A DNA stretch of 64,000 nt from Eledone cirrhosa (lineage: Eukaryota), in assembly GCA_964016885.1 (NCBI GenBank), contig OZ024763.1, forward strand, positions 19,592,001-19,656,000, given 5' to 3'. Below, piece after piece: positions 21,998 to 38,072 of this stretch (within the stretch, counting starts at the first letter, position 1; each line of letters opens with the position of its first letter). The notes below the pieces were generated by a model that did not search any database, had not been told where the DNA came from, and was given only the letters and a program-made list of their open reading frames with translations. A program made the position numbers and the translations under genes.

Positions 21998-23985
21998 GTT
22001 GCAACACTAACTTCAAGAAGCCTACCAACCACCTAATAACCTACCAATCAAGCGAGCACATAAGCCAGATTGACTTCTTGCTAGTTAGGCAATGAGACAG
22101 ACAGATGGTGTCAAATACTAAGGCATACCCCGGGGAAGAATGTATCCAGTGACATCTCAATAAACAAGAGACATACAGGAAGGTGTGGAAAAGGAACACC
22201 TGGAAGCTAAAAGACCTTTCACTAAAATATGAATTTAGGAAAGCCTTCAAGATGTGTATGACGCAAAAGAAGACGATTCAGAATCGTGTGACATAGATGA
22301 TAACTGGAATTTCTTACTTGACAACTTACTGTAGGCTACTGAAGACACTTATGGCTGGAGCAGAGCTCCGACCAGACAAAGAGTGACCTGGTGGTGGAAC
22401 AGCATGGTAGATAGGGCCATTAGCGACGAAACGCTAGCATGGGATGCTTGGAAAAAATGGTGGGAGTAGAGACCGATACACAGCCGCTAAGAGAGAAGCT
22501 AGACGTCAGGTGTACTTAGCAGGCAGGGAGGCTGAGAGTAAGAGGTTTGCCAATGTTCTGTGATGGGAAGATCAGAGACGTGCAGTATTTTGCATTTCAA
22601 GGCAGTGTGTCAGTGTAAATCAGGATGTTGTTGGAGATAAGTGTGAAATGATGCTGCTGTACTTAGTGTCACTAATGATCAGAAAAGGGAGGCCTAGAAA
22701 TGTCATTATGACAGACTAATTGGAGAAAGTATCAAATTAGATGAGATGCAGTTTGGTTTTGTGCCTTGGAAAAGTACAACAGATGCCCTCTTCTTAGTAA
22801 GACAACTACAAGAGAGGTTCTTAAAGAAGAATAAGCCACTATACTTAGCTTTTGTTGACCTAGAGAAGGTCTTTGATAGGGTACCCTGATCTGTCATCAT
22901 AATGGAGTTTACTGAGGAATTCCAGATACAAGTAGGAGTACATCAGGGTTCGGTCCTCAGCCCGCTGTTGTTCATTATAGTCCTCCAAGCCATAACAGAG
23001 TAGTTTAAGACTGGCTGCTCATGGGAACTTCTCTATGCTGACAATCTGGTAATTATAGCAGAATCAGTAGAGGAGCTAGAGAATAAATTCTGGCAATGGA
23101 AACAGCAGTTGGAATCAAGAGGACTAAGAGTGAACCTAGCTAAGACAAAAGTGTTGATAAGTAGAAAAAGAGACAAAACCATGATTCCATCATAAATTCT
23201 ATAAAATGTACACAATGCAGATCTTGGATACACAAGAGATGTAGTGGGATAGGAGGCAAACTTACAGGTAGGGAAAACCATGTATGCAGTAGATGTACAG
23301 GTAAATTTTTGACAGTAGAAGTCGAAGTGACAGATACATTTTTCAAATGCAGGTGGGTTCTATAGAAGTGGTTCACAGCTTCCGGTACCTAGGTGATCAG
23401 ATTAGCATGGGAGGAGATGTTCCGAGGCCATAGTATCTAGAATAAGGACAGGTTGGAAGAAGTTTAGGGAGCTGCTTACTCTGTTGACCTAGAAGGGTTT
23501 CTCCCTACGAACGAAAGGCCGGTTATATGATGCCTGTGTGAGATGCGCAATGCTGGATGGTAGTGAGACATGGGCAGCAACTGCAATGGATATGCGACGG
23601 CTGGAGAGGAATGAAGCAAGCATGCTCTGTTGGATGTGCTATGCCAGTGTGCGTGAACAACCAAGCATAGATGAGTTGAGAGAGAAACTGTGTAGAAGAG
23701 GGATAAGTTGTAGTGTGCGGGAGAGAAGACTTTAATCGTATGGACGTGTGATGCGCATGGAGGATGACCACTGGGTAAATAAGTGCCAAGAAATGTCAGT
23801 AGAAGGAAGACGCAGTAGAGGAAGACCACAAAAACATGGATGGAGGTGGTGAGAGCAGACCTCAGATCGCTGAAGCTCACAGAGGAGATGACAGAGGTCA
23901 GTGAGAAGTGAAGAAATGTTGAGCTGAATAGGACCCATCCCACCATTGCAAGCAGAGAAAAGTGGATGTAAAATAGTGATGATGA
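21998..23985 (+). mobile_element. Degraded RTE LINE, unit 2
   Basis: Copy of 5925-7912 at offset 16073. Confidence 0.9.
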
Positions 23986-25214
23986 TATATGTAGTGTATA
24001 TAATAGTTGTAATGTCACCAGTGCCAATCTATATCAGCTTTTCTCTTGGTCAACATGATATATAGTCTGTATATATTGGACAATATTATATATAGAGTAT
24101 ATGTGGTGTAAATAATAGTTGTTATGACGACATTCTATATACATATGTACACACACACTGACAAACATGTATTTACATATCGAAGGATTTATGAGTATTT
24201 CATAGGCTAACCAAGTTACTCTCATGGAATGAAACGATGTATACACATATATACTTATACATATGTATACAAACACATATTTTATAGTAAAGACATACAT
24301 CATATTGTAATATCATGTTTTCAATTCTTAGCGAGGTAGGTACATTGTGTCCTTAAGCAAGACACATCATTCCACATGTCTCTCATCTCCACAGCTGAAA
24401 AACACAAGTAGCAGAATTTGGAGGTTTAGCATGGGCTGGAATATTCTCTGCCTCCAACCTTTTCACTTCGGCCACAAACCCAGACTTTGCTACCTGCTGT
24501 AGAGAGAAGAAGAAGGAATTAGAATGACAACAGTCCACTTGAGGAAGGAGTCCCATGGGATGGAATGGATGTTGTAGTGGGTACCTCTGGCTATTCTCCA
24601 TGGTAACACCTTTGCCATTTTGTCTGTAGGGTGGGGCTGAATCACAGCTCAGACTGAAATATAATGTCTGTCCCTTTGCCTCTCCCATTATTTTCGTTGC
24701 TTGGGCGGTGGATTGGCAGTATCGGTAGAGGGTCAGACGCCATATTTTGACGCATAGAGTTACGGCCTTGCCGTTCTGCCTTCAAATCCCGCCGCAGTTA
24801 ACTTTACCTTTCATCCTTACAGGGTCGATAAAATAAAGTGCCAGTCACGCACTGGGGTCGATTTAATGTACACCCCCCCCCCCCAAAAAAAAAAATTACT
24901 GGCCTTGTGCCTAAATAAGAAACCATTATTTATACAAATCTGATTAAAGAACTAGCATATTGATTGAACGTGTGAATTAACATAACTGAAGGTCTTTCTG
25001 AATGTATTAAATTATGTAGGGGACTCTTAAGCCATGGCACCGACTTCAAGTAGCCATTAGAAAATTATCATCTACCTCGGCTCCATCGTTACCACTTGTT
25101 ACCGTCGTTACCACATAAAATGTGAAGATTGAGAAATCCTTCTCTTATACATATCAACATATAAGCGTGTGTATATATATATGTTTTTATTTAATATTTA
25201 TATATATATATATA

Positions 25215-28200
25215 CAGCGGTGGTACCCGGCGTTGCACGGGATAAGGTATTTTGGAATGCGGGCTGCCAGCAGACCTAATCGTGGAAAAACTGCATGCCT
25301 GGACAATATGTAAAGAAAATAAACCGAATACTCTGATGGCTGGATAATCTAAGATTAAACCTGCCTTTTCCTGAAGCAGGAAAAGGCAAGTTTTCACCTA
25401 ATTCGATCTAAAGGGGACCCACCAATTCAATACACTCATTTCCATTGGCTGCAAGGAAAAATGTTCATACACGCATATAGAATAGGTAATAATTTATGAT
25501 AGAGTAGACAGCATCATAGATGACAGAGTTAGCATGTTCCGTGAAAACTTTATTAACTGCGAAGACGGTGGTCTATCTTCAGAAAAAAAACAACATCCAA
25601 TAAAACTAGTTTTGCAATCGATTATTCACCAACAAAAATTCGTATGTACAACAAATCGTCCATCTAAAACTTTACTTTCACATTCGAGCACATCACTTGT
25701 TCTACAGTTCTAATTTGCGATGTTTTAGTTTAGAAATTTTTCAATCACGATGCTGAAGTCAATTTTTTCAGCCAGTTCTCGCTCTATGTACATCATTGCC
25801 AGAGCATTCAACCGCTCTTCACTCATGGTACTACGCAAATAATTCTTTCGAATACTCGTCGAAGATAGTGTCATTTTCGATGTCACCCTCGTAGAATTTC
25901 ACAAGATTATCGATTCTCTCTCTATTGCATGTGTCGTCGTCGTCGAAGTGCGCCGGTATCAAGCACGAAAAATCCTTCACTAGATCGTGCAAGTCGGCAA
26001 AACGTTCGTTAAAGCTACTAATGATTCTATCTAAGATAGTGAAATAAACGTCCCGTTTAAAATGCTGACTCATCGTCTCATGAGGTTCGTCATGAAAACG
26101 CTTCTTTTTTCTTTTCCGTTTTTCTGTTGTAAACTCTGGTTCAACTTGACATTGCCCGGCGAGAATTTTAGCGTCTGATAATGTTCGGTCAAAATATTCA
26201 TTTGAGCGGATATCTTCAATTTCTTTTACTACATTTTTAATCATGACGTCCGCGGAATATAAGTCGATAGCCTCCTTCTGCAAATATTGTGAAACAGAAT
26301 GCAGCTTTTTAAGTAAATTCTGAAACTTCAACATGAAAATGAATTCAAACTTGCTCACATTTAGTAGCAAACCTCTGGCCTCGGCTAATACTTTTGGAGC
26401 AGTGTTGTGAACATCCCCACTTATTATCCTCTCTAGTGCACTTATTACTGCCGGTAAGTTGTTAATGGTAGCCTCTACAGCCTGAATGTGACTAAACCAG
26501 CGCGTATCTGAGAGTCTTTTTAATGTTAATACCGTTGAAATCAATAGTTTTTCTTGTTCTTCTTCGAGGATTTTCAGCGGTGGCAAGCTTGATGTTAAGA
26601 AAACATACAGGCTCTCCAATATACCAAAAAATAATTTACCATCCACTGACGATTGGCTAGCATCGATTAACACCAGGTTCAGGTTATGAGCGCAACAATG
26701 GACGTAAACAGCTTTCGAAGAGCATCTCTCTTTAACTCTAGCCTGAAGCCCAGAAATATGGCCAGACATATTCGACACTCCGTCGTAAGCTTGTCCCCTA
26801 ATATATTGAGCATCCAAGGATAGATCCTGGAAAAGAACTTTCACAAGCGAATCGTAAAATGATTCAGTGGCTGCTGATTCTAGTTCACAAAACGACAGGA
26901 AATGCTCCTGTGCGTGGCCACTTTTCGATACATATTGCAGTGACAGAGCATTGATCCTGATGCGAAATATCTATTGTGGAATCGATGATGACTGAATAGT
27001 ATTTTACCGCTTTCACTTCCGTGATTATTTGTTGAGTACATTCGTTTGCCAGGCATTCTATGAATTCGTTTTGTAATTTTGGACTTAAGTACATAGGCTG
27101 TCCTTTAGTGCGCCCAGGCGAGAATAAATGGCTTTCCAAGATCGTATCATACTTAGCCATCAATTTCAACAATTCAATAAAGTTTCTTTCATTTTTTGAT
27201 TTGGCGCCAAGTCCAGCATATTCCCTGTGACCTCTGAAGGGGAGGCCTTGTTTTGCGAGAAATAACGTACAATCAAGCAATCGCCTCAATATCTGGCGAT
27301 TTCGTTCAATTCGCTTCTTCTCTTCATGGATGAGGTTATCGATCACTGTTTTATCTGCGTCCAAACGATATTTTGTCATGAAGTATTACTTTTGTGAATT
27401 GACGTGAATGGCACTTTTCTCATGCTTGGCAATTTTTTAGAATCCCCATTTTGAAGTTTGCCATCCCACACTCTGGATTACCCCAAGTCTTCGAGTAAGA
27501 TTCGGCATTTTTATCAGCAAACAGCCAACAACAAAAGCAATATAGTCTGTTGGATTCAGGAGAGTATACTAACCAGTGTCGGTCAACTTTATGGATTCCA
27601 GCACACTTTCTCTTGTACCAACTGATATTGAATTTTCTGTGGTTCGAGTCGAGAGGGAAATCAGCAAAATTATCTTTCAATCCTGGCTGACAAGGACCAA
27701 CGGCCATGAGGGCGCGAATTAAAGGTGTCGTCAATGGTCTGTCCTTGAAATGTTTTCGGTCGCCTGGATACTTCTCTTGTAAATTCAACATGCATTCTAC
27801 TGGCTCATACTCTGCGATTTGTTTTGCCAGTGTAGTTTCCTCTGAATCATTTTCATTTTCAGATTCCGATATAGCCATTTTTCCCTCTATTGAGTTCGGA
27901 TCCCCAGTTGGAACTACATCTTCAGTGACTACGACGGTTGTTGAGATAGTCGATGGACCTGAGGCATCTTCGACATCAGGTTCTCATGACCCTCCAGTGC
28001 TTTTCTGTTTCTCCAGTTCATCTGACCAGACTGACTCGCCAAATATTCCGGCAGTTACGTTTCTTTGGGATGCGTCACTACTTGTTGACGAAGACTGTTG
28101 ACTTTTCAGAAAACTTGTGATTAGATGACATTTTGCAGATTCTTCTGTGGCAGCTTGTCTAGCTTCTCTCCTCTTTGTTGCTCCAGTTTAGTAAGTTTTT

Positions 28201-29335
28201 TTTAGGCAGCATTGTTAATGAGCACTATATTGACACTGTTTTCCAGTGGCTTTGTCTTTAAAAAAAATTCTTCCATTTTCCTGTTTCTCTTTTTTTTTTC
28301 TATAAGTCTTTAAGTGCCGAAATAGCTTGTGATTAGAAAGCCACTTCACTTACCGCATTTCTCTGGTCGTGGCAAGTCGTTGGCTGGTTTTCCTCTCTTC
28401 CACGTGTGTACAATCCAGCTCGCCGATCGCAGCCTCAAATCGCACGTCTGTCTCAGTCCGATGACCGCCGTAGAAAAGAAGGGGCCTCTCAAGCTGACGT
28501 CACATCTGCTCGACTTTCCGGTCGAGCACGCTTCCGGTCAAGCACGCCCAGCCTCCGGCCACTACACACCACACCATTCCCACAATGTGCATTATATTGA
28601 CGCACTTGGAATAATGCAATTTGCTTGATTTGATATTCAACACCGAAGAATGTAAAACATGTCAAATAATCGACGAAAAGCAAATACCAAGTTGTTCTAA
28701 AATGTGACTAATGATAAAAAGTAACAACATAAATAAAAATATTATATATATATTTTCTATATAATCACACAATATATAGATATATATATTTGTGTGAATA
28801 TACTCATGCATAATTATACTTTTAATTAAATATTAGGTTAAAAACCTGAGTATAGAGAATAACATAAGCATGTATTACAACATTTCAAACAAATAAAATA
28901 ATATACAATTTAGATATCAAATCATTTATTTATATTTACAAATCAAAGAATATAATAATCGGTTTTTAATGAGATCCCTGTGATTGATGCAAGGCTACTA
29001 GTTTGTCAATGTTTAGTGTGAAAGCCGTTAGAGAGAGTCCTAAATCACATCTTCTTTCTATATCAAGGCGATTTTGACTTTTTGAAAGCAGATGCATCAC
29101 CTGACTCAACTAAATAAGATGTGGGGAAAGCAAGTGAAAAAAATTTAGCGTTTTTATTTGACGGAATATTGTCTACACAGATTAAGCGTTTTCTTTACGT
29201 TGTTGTAGTTAAGGATTCGTAATTACATGTGTAATAAGTTATGTGTTTAGAATTATAGCCTAGGGGTCCCACCTAGACCGACAGGAAAGCTAGGTGGGCG
29301 GCAGCCCCCCCCCCCCCCTGTTAGTTACGCCACTG
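25215..29335 (-). mobile_element. Defective hAT transposon, unit 2
   Basis: Copy of 9140-13260 at offset 16075; ends tacgccactg at 29335. Confidence 0.85.
25702..28212 (-). pseudogene. hAT transposase pseudogene, unit 2
   Basis: ORF fragments 25831-26844, 26885-27379 and 27420-27878 translate identically to unit 1. Confidence 0.92.
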
Positions 29336-31511
29336 GCTGAGAGTAGGATGACCTGATGAGCTGGCTCCTGTGGTGGATACCTAAACATAGTAAGACCCTA
29401 GCGGGATGACTGAGATTGACCTACATAGATCAAATGTCTCTGGATGTCCAGCTGGAGATTAATGATCTCAGGAATGCCATGGAAGATCGTGATATCTAAA
29501 AGAGAAAAGTAGAATTGTTCTGGCCAATCCACCTGATCTAATTAATAATAATAATAATAATATATATTGATGAAAATTAATTACAGTGAAATATGTTGGA
29601 AATCATTCTCAGATACATCCTGTAGAGAGTTCCACTTTATATTATTTGTCATTAAGGTTTCTTACAGAGACACAATCTCATTTCATTGTTGAGGGTGGTG
29701 GATAGGCAGAATCAGTAGAGCATTCGACAACATACTTTCTGTCATATAGTTACATCCCTTTACATTCTGCTGATTTCCTCCTCAAAATTAGAAAGACAAC
29801 AGCCCACATGAGGAAGGAGTTCCACGAAGTGGAGTGGATGTTGCAGTAGGTGACAGGAGTATAACGCCTGTCCCTCTCTCATTGGTGGATTGGCAGTATT
29901 GGTAGAGGGTCAGACACTATGCTTTGACGCATAGATTTACGGCCCTTTCCATTCTGAGTTCAAATCCCGCCGAGGTCAACTTTGCCTTTCATCCTTACAT
30001 GGTCGATAAAATAAAGTACCAGTAATGTACTGGGTAATTGCTGGCCTTGTGACAAAATTAAAAAAACAATTATTTTAGTTGCTTGGGCAGTGGATTGGAA
30101 GTATCGGTAGAGGGACGCCTTGCAGCAAAGAGTTACGGCCTTTTATGGTCTGAGTTCAAATCCCGCCGAGGTTAACTTTGCCTTTCATCCTTACGAGGTC
30201 TATAAAATAAAGTACCAGTAATGGCATAATTGCTGGCCTTGTGCCAAAAGTAGAAAAAATTATTTTAGTTGCTTGATTCGTTTTCGTTTTTCTTCTTTAC
30301 ATTTCAGTTTTTTTTTTATGAACTTTAATAATGTGTTTTGTTTTAATATGAACAGTGATGTAAAATTCGTGATATTATTTATACAAATCTGAATAAAGAA
30401 CTAGCATATTGATAGAAAGTGTGAATTAATATAACTGAAGGTTTTTCTGAATTTATTAAATTAAGTAGGGGACTTTTAAGTCATGACACCGACTTCAAGT
30501 AGCCATTAGAAAATTATCATCTACATCGGCTCCAACGTTACCACTTGTACTTAATCTAATTTTATCTTTTGTGGTGATTATTTCATATTAAGGTAGACAT
30601 TAATGTTTATATATAACATAAGGTGATTTATGTTCCTTATAGTTGTTGTTTTATCACCTGTATTATTAAATATTTCATTTCATCACAAACAACACCCAAC
30701 ATCGTGAAGTTGGTTGTTCAACATTTTACAGAACAGGAAAATATTATTTTAGTCAGAAATCAGTGAACATTTAGTTTTTACTAAATTTTCTTGACATTAT
30801 ATTTGGTCTTCAAAACTGAAGTACGTATTATTTCGTTTTCCATCACAGCACAAACATTGTGAACTTTTCTACTATCTGTAGTGAAATATCTTGATTTATT
30901 ACAACACGTACACACACACGTCTATTTATTTCTCTTTCTCATACGTACACACTGTATGTCTGTATATATATATTAACCTTCATCTTATGTAATTATGAAT
31001 ATTAATTCTTTTGTGACCTGAATTGTCGTCAATAACAAGGACCTTTGTTTCGAAGACATATTCGTCTGTTTTATGAGCTGAAGATTTTAGTGTGCCTACT
31101 GCTTCTCTCACTATAACAAAAATAATAGTGGAATACTCCAGAATAATTTCTCTCTCTCTTCATCCAAGATCAGTTTTACGCTGCCATGCGTCTTATTACT
31201 TATACCGAGTGCTACATTACAACTTTGTAGAAGAAGAAAGCCATGCCCTGCAGTCTTTTATGGACACTGTTGTATATTAGACTACATAGTATCTATTAAC
31301 GATTTCTACATTTCTTAATATATGAGTAAAAGTGATGAGAATCCTTTATGTAAAGATCACTAGCTAGAAATATGTCCGAATATAGCTGTGAGATTTGCAG
31401 GAAAACTTTCCCTTCAAAACTGAAATTATCCTCACACGAGAAAAACACTTCCACTGTGAAATATCTGGGAAGTCTTTTGTCTTAAGCTGTGACTTGAAAA
31501 GACATATAAGA

Positions 31512-33710
31512 ATGCACCCAGGAGAAAAACCTTATGCATGTGAAATATGTGGGAAATCTTTTTCTCTGGCTTCTCATCTTGTACCTCACAAAAGAATACA
31601 CACAGGAGAAAAACCTTATTCATGTGAAATATGTGGGAAATCTTTTTCTCGAGGTTCTTATCTTGTATATCACAAAAGAATACACACAGGAGAAAAACCT
31701 TATTCATGTGAAATATGTGGGAAATCTTTTTCTCGAGGTTCTCATCTTGTACGTCACAAAAGAATACACACAGGAGAAAAACCTTATTCATGTGAAATAT
31801 GTGGGAAATCTTTTTCTGATGGTTCTGACCTTATAAAACACAAAAGACTACACACTGGTGAAAAACCGTTCCATTGTGAAATATGTGGGAAATCTTTTTC
31901 TCAAGGTTCTATACTTGTACATCACAAAAGAATACACACAGGAGAAAAACCTTATTCATGTGAAATATGTGGGAAACCTTTTTCTGAAAGTTCTCATCTT
32001 GTAGATCACAAAAGAATACACACAGGAGAAAAACCTTATTCATGTGAAATATGTGGGAAATCTTTTTCTCATAGTTCTGTTCTTGTAGGTCACAAAAGAA
32101 TACACACAGGAGAAAACCCTTATTCATGTGAAATATGTGGGAAATCTTTTTCTCATAGTTCTCATCTTGTACGTCACAAAAGAATACACACAGGAGAAAA
32201 ACCTTATTCATGTGAAATATGTGAGAAATCTTTTTCTGATGGTTCTGACCTTGTAAAACACAAAAGAATACACACTGGAGAAAAACCCTTTCATTGTGAA
32301 ATATGTGGGAAATCTTTTTCTTGTGGTTCTTATGTTGTACGTCACAAAAGAATACACACAGGAGAAAAACCTTATTCGTGTGAAATATGTGGGAAATCAT
32401 TTGTCTCCAACAGTGACTTGAGAAGACATACCACAACACACACAGGAGAAAAACCTTATTCATGTGAAATATGTGAGAAATCTTTTTCTAATGGTTCTGA
32501 TCTTGTAAAACACAAAAGAATACACACTGGAGAAAAACCCTTTCATTGTGAAATATGTGGGAAATCTTTTTCTTGTGGTTCTTATGTTGTACGTCACAAA
32601 AGAATACACACAGGAGAAAAACCTTATTCGTGTGAAATATGTGGGAAATCATTTGTCTCCAACAGTGACTTGAGAAGACATACCACAACACACACAGGAG
32701 AAAAACCTTATTCATGTGAAATATGTGGGAAATCTTTTTCTCATAGTTCTGTTCTTGTAGGTCACAAAAGAATACACACAGGAGAAAACCCTTATTCATG
32801 TGAAATATGTGGGAAATCTTTTTCTCATAGTTCTCATCTTGTACGTCACAAAAGAATACACACAGGAGAAAAACCTTATTCATGTGAAATATGTGAGAAA
32901 TCTTTTTCTGATGGTTCTGACCTTGTAAAACACAAAAGAATACACACTGGTGAAAAACCGTTCCATTGTGAAATATGTGGGAAATCTTTTTCTCAAGGTT
33001 CTATACTTGTACATCACAAAAGAATACACACAGGAGAAAAACCTTATTCATGTAAAATATGTGGGAAATCTATTTCACATGGTTCTACACTTGTACATCA
33101 CAAAAGAATACACACAGGAAAAAAACCTTATTCATGTGAAATATGTGGGAAATCTTTTTCTCTGGCTTCTCATCTTGTAGATCACAAAAGAATACACACA
33201 GGAGAAAAACCTTATTCATGTGAAATATGTGGGAAATCTTTTTCTCGAGGTTCTTATCTTGTATATCACAAAAGAATACACACAGGAGAAAACCCTTATT
33301 CATGTGAAATATGTGGGAAATCTTTTTCTCATAGTTCTCATCTTGTACGTCACAAAAGAATACACACAGGAGAAAAACCTTATTCATGTGAAATATGTGA
33401 GAAATCTTTTTCTGATGGTTCTGACCTTGTAAAACACAAAAGAATACATACAGGGGAAAAACCCTTTCATTGTGAAATATGTGGGAAATCTTTTTCTCAA
33501 GGTTCTTATGTTGTAAGTCACAAAAGAATACACACAGGAGAAAAGCCTTATTCGTGTGAAATATGTGGGAAATCATTTGCCTACAACAGTGACTTGAAAA
33601 GACATACCACAACACACACAGGAGAAAAATCTTATTCATGTGAAATATGTGGGAAATCTTTTTCTCAACGTTCTACACTTGTACGTCACAAAAGAATACA
33701 CACTGCATAA
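31512..33710 (+). CDS. C2H2 zinc-finger protein ZNF-A copy 3, 26 intact fingers; may be a pseudogene
   Basis: Same translation as copy 2; ancestral ATG at 31372 is out of frame. Confidence 0.8.
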   Translation: MHPGEKPYACEICGKSFSLASHLVPHKRIHTGEKPYSCEICGKSFSRGSYLVYHKRIHTGEKPYSCEICGKSFSRGSHLVRHKRIHTGEKPYSCEICGKSFSDGSDLIKHKRLHTGEKPFHCEICGKSFSQGSILVHHKRIHTGEKPYSCEICGKPFSESSHLVDHKRIHTGEKPYSCEICGKSFSHSSVLVGHKRIHTGENPYSCEICGKSFSHSSHLVRHKRIHTGEKPYSCEICEKSFSDGSDLVKHKRIHTGEKPFHCEICGKSFSCGSYVVRHKRIHTGEKPYSCEICGKSFVSNSDLRRHTTTHTGEKPYSCEICEKSFSNGSDLVKHKRIHTGEKPFHCEICGKSFSCGSYVVRHKRIHTGEKPYSCEICGKSFVSNSDLRRHTTTHTGEKPYSCEICGKSFSHSSVLVGHKRIHTGENPYSCEICGKSFSHSSHLVRHKRIHTGEKPYSCEICEKSFSDGSDLVKHKRIHTGEKPFHCEICGKSFSQGSILVHHKRIHTGEKPYSCKICGKSISHGSTLVHHKRIHTGKKPYSCEICGKSFSLASHLVDHKRIHTGEKPYSCEICGKSFSRGSYLVYHKRIHTGENPYSCEICGKSFSHSSHLVRHKRIHTGEKPYSCEICEKSFSDGSDLVKHKRIHTGEKPFHCEICGKSFSQGSYVVSHKRIHTGEKPYSCEICGKSFAYNSDLKRHTTTHTGEKSYSCEICGKSFSQRSTLVRHKRIHTA

Positions 33711-36700
33711 AAACCTTATACATGTGACATATGTGGGAAACTTTTCACTAAGAGTTCTGATCTTGTAGTTCACAAAAGAATACACACTGGTCAAAAATCC
33801 TTGCAATGTGAAATATGTGGGAAATCCTTTGCCTCTAACAGTAAATGGAAAAGACATACAACAATACACACTGGAGAAAAAACCTTATTCATGTGAAGTT
33901 TGTGGGAAATCTTTCCCTCAGAACTCTTCACGAGTTGTTCACAAACGTAGTCAACACTAGTGTTAAACCCCATTACTGGGAAATATGAAACATTAATAAA
34001 CACACAAACAGTTGGAGTAAGAATATGAAATGTGATAAATGTTACTGTTACACATTGAAGCATATATATACACACATACACACACACACACACACACAAT
34101 CTTGACTCACAAACGTAATTCATTCCTGAAGGCCGATCGTCAGCCAAATTGTTTGTAAAGCAAAACTATTTTTCCCATATGAAATTTTAAGAGAGAAATA
34201 CAGGGAGAGAGGCAGTGTAAAAGACTGATAGATATCACCATAGTAACTAACTATGCAGCAAGTGACACTTTCCTGCTGATACTCCCAGCTTGTTGCCAAC
34301 CTTTGTTGCTGGCTTGTGTGTTCATTACTTGAGACACCGTTCATCAATGAAGATGTTTTATGTACAGATTTGTTTTTAATGAGAGGAGTTTGTGATTTGA
34401 GGTTCCACTGTATATATATCAGTGTTGTAGTTTGATTGAAGCATTGTTGATAGGAAACACATTTAAATAATTTTGAAAACCATACATTACGCTAGAAAAT
34501 TAAAATTTCCAAAATATAGAATCTTTACCTTGGCAAATTTACCAAATATTCTAGTGTTTTAAAACCTATTATTGATCCTTTAAGTCTCTCACAGGGATAC
34601 TCGCTTGTATGGGTTTCAAAATTATTTAAATTTGTGTTTCATATATATATGTATATATATATGTACTTCTCTATCAATTGTAAGAAATAAACTGCCATAT
34701 ATCAAAGATTACCACAAAAACTAGGCAGTAGAGTACAAGATATGCTGGACACTGCTACTGAAGCAAGGATGACCTGATGAGCTGGCTGCTGTTGTGGATA
34801 CCTAAACATAGTAAGAACCTAGTGCGATGACCAAGATTGACTTACATAGATCAGATGTCTCTGGATGTCCAGCTAGAGATTAATGATCTCAGAAATGCCA
34901 GACATCTAAAAGAGAAGAGTAGAGTTGTTCCGGCCAATCCACCTGACCTAATAAATGATAATGATAATATATATTGATGAAAATTAATTATGGTGAAATA
35001 TGTTGGAAATTATTCTCAGAGGTTTTGTATTGTAATCCACAAATACACCGTGGAAAGTTCTACTTCATATTATTTGTCATTGCCATTCTGAGTTCAAATC
35101 CCGCCAAAGTTAACTTTGCTTTTCATCCTTATGGGGTCGATAAAATAAAGTACCAGTAATGCACTGGGTAACTGCTGGCATTGTGCCAAAAGTAGAAACA
35201 ATTATTTGTCATGTTGAGGGTGGTGGATTTACAGAATCTAGTGTCAGATGATATGCTGCTGAGGTTAGCTTTACTTTTCTTCCTCAGGTTCAGTAAAATA
35301 AAGTACCAGTAATCCACTGGAGTTGATTTAATCAGCTTTCTCCTTCCCTTCCAATAGCTGGCGTTGATAAAAAACAATACCAGTCTAATACTGGGGTCTG
35401 TTTTTCCTCTCTATTTCTTCCACTCTCTCATTCTCTTTCCTTCTCTGGAAGAAATCAACTGTTCAAACTTGGTGAGTGAAGGGCTCCACCAAGCTTCAAA
35501 TATCCACAGTGGCACCCTTATGACTACATCATTTACAAAAACAAAACTAAAGATTTATTCTTTATTTTATAAATCTTACCTGGTTTATATTTATATTTAT
35601 GACAAAATATCCATGTGTATTATGTGTAAATAAAACCGATTTTATAACTAATATTTGTTGGATGGTACTTTCATGACAGTTCAAATTATTAACATTTGAA
35701 AATACTTTAAAACTCTCTCTTTTTCTTCACCCATTTATTCCTGGGAGGGTTGTAGGAGGTAGAGTCCTCACCCGTTTATAGGTCCTATATGTGTAAAGTT
35801 TCCACAACAGATACACAACACATCCAAACCAGGTAGTTATACCTACCCAGTATTTTGATTTTAGTGATTTTTTTTGTAACAAATCTCAACATCCGAGACC
35901 TTACTAAGTGGAGTGCAACTCATCAGATTGGACCAAGGAAACAAAGTTTCCATTGGTCTTTCCAATTGATGATATAATCTATAATCTACCAGTTGTAACT
36001 CCGGTAAGTAGAACAAGGGGAAATAAAGTGTCCTGCTGAAGAACTTAACACATCACCTAGTCTAGGAATTGAACTCAGAACCTCATGATTGTCAATCCAA
36101 CTCTCTTACTACTAAGTGACATATCTTCCTAAGTTTCAGTGATAGTGGACAGTAAATAACGTGATGGTGGTCATTTTATTTGATAGATTGACCAGTTGAT
36201 CATCTCAATGGTGTATTATTGCCTTTTTTTCACAGCGTCTCTTGAAGTCGATGAGAAAAAGGTAATAGAGTATTGGTTAGGGTGTTGGACTCAATGATAA
36301 ACTTGTGAGTTCAATTCCTGCGATTGGCAACATGTTCTGTCGTACCAGAAGACAATTTATTTCATGTTTCTTCAGTCCAATCAGCTGGAAAAAAATTAGT
36401 TGTGACAACTCTGGTTCCAAGCTATATCAGGCTGTGACTTTCCTTTGGACAACATCATATAGTCTATATATAGTGATAACATGGGATGTATAGCTCTTTA
36501 GTTCTTAGTCCAGATTGTTCCATCAGGAATATATGTCAACTAATTGTCTCCAATGATTTCAGTTGGTGACAGATTGTTAACATCCATGGCAGCTGATGTT
36601 GACAGTTTGTGGGTCATTTTGGAATGTGTTCCACCAGGTTATCTTCGGCTGGCCTCTTTTCCACATGGCTTCAGGGTGTATCCATGTCATCGCTGTTTTA

Positions 36701-38072
36701 GACAGGTGGTCTTTTGGAGGGTGCAGAATGTGACACACAAAATGGAACCAACATTCTATGATGATCTCCTGTAGTGTATGTGACCCTGCTCTCCACAGGA
36801 TCTCACCAGCTGACCTTTAGAATCTTATGCAGGCACCTTTGTTAGAAAATGTTTAGAGACCTATCCATCTTCACAGTGCGTTTCCATGTTTCACAGTCAT
36901 AGATGGTCATGGGAAGCACAATGCTAGTGTACAAGCGGAGCTTGAGATACATGCTGAGGGCTCTGTTTGACCAGAACCGAGATCCCCTCAGGGAAATAGC
37001 CTTCTCCAGTATATAGGAAAGGCGGTAGAAATTCCATCCTCTGCTCCATATGCAAGAGATGTGATGGGATCTCAGGAAGTTTAGCTCTGAATGTAGGCTC
37101 TATGTGTGGCAGTTGCACTGGAACAGTAAACAGCAAATGAGGGCTACCAAATTCTCAGACGGGTCTGTAGAAACAGTAGATAGCTCCTGCTACTTAGGTG
37201 CCCGAAATAGCAGTGGTGCTGGGTGTACTGATGGTACAGGAGCCAGAGTAAGAACGGGATGGAGGAAGTTCAGGGAACTACTGGCTACATAAGGCTTCTC
37301 AAAATGAAAGGCAGATTATCTGATGCATGTGAACGTTCAGCAAGGCTACATGGTACTGAGACTTGGGCGCTGCATGCAGAAGTCTTGTGTAGATTGGAAA
37401 GAAATGAAGCATAAATCAACTGAGAAAGAAACTAGGCATAAAAGGAATCAAATTCTGTATGCAGGAGAGGAGATTGCTTTGGTGTGGACATGTGTTGCGT
37501 ATGAAGGAAGACAGCTGCATAAAAAGCGCTGAAAGTCTTTGGAATCCTTGGAGTGGGGTGACCCAGGAAAACCTGGGATGAGGTGATTAAAGCCTACCTT
37601 GCCCAATTTCACCTCTCAGAAGAGATGACACATGACCAAGATCTCTGGCGATGTGCAGTAATACAACAGTAATACGAACACAAGCTGAAGCATATGTACA
37701 GTATGCTCCGCTCCCAACAGCCCGCCTAGCCCACACACTAAAGTGGACGTGTAAAAGACACGACAAGAAGCACCCAGCCCACACTGTGAATGTGGTTGGC
37801 ATTAGGAAGGGCAACCAGCCAGAAACACCCCTATATGTGTGGTCACGGTCACCCGACACAACTTGCCTCAAAATAGGATCCATCCAACCCATGCTAGCAT
37901 CGAAGATGGACATTAATCAATGATGATGATATATATGTAGTGTACACATAGTATAGTATAGTGCATATATATATATATATGATAAATGCTGGGGTCAAGC
38001 TGATTCAGCCATTCCTCTGGACAACATTATATATAGTGTATGTATGTAGTATATATATATATACATATACCA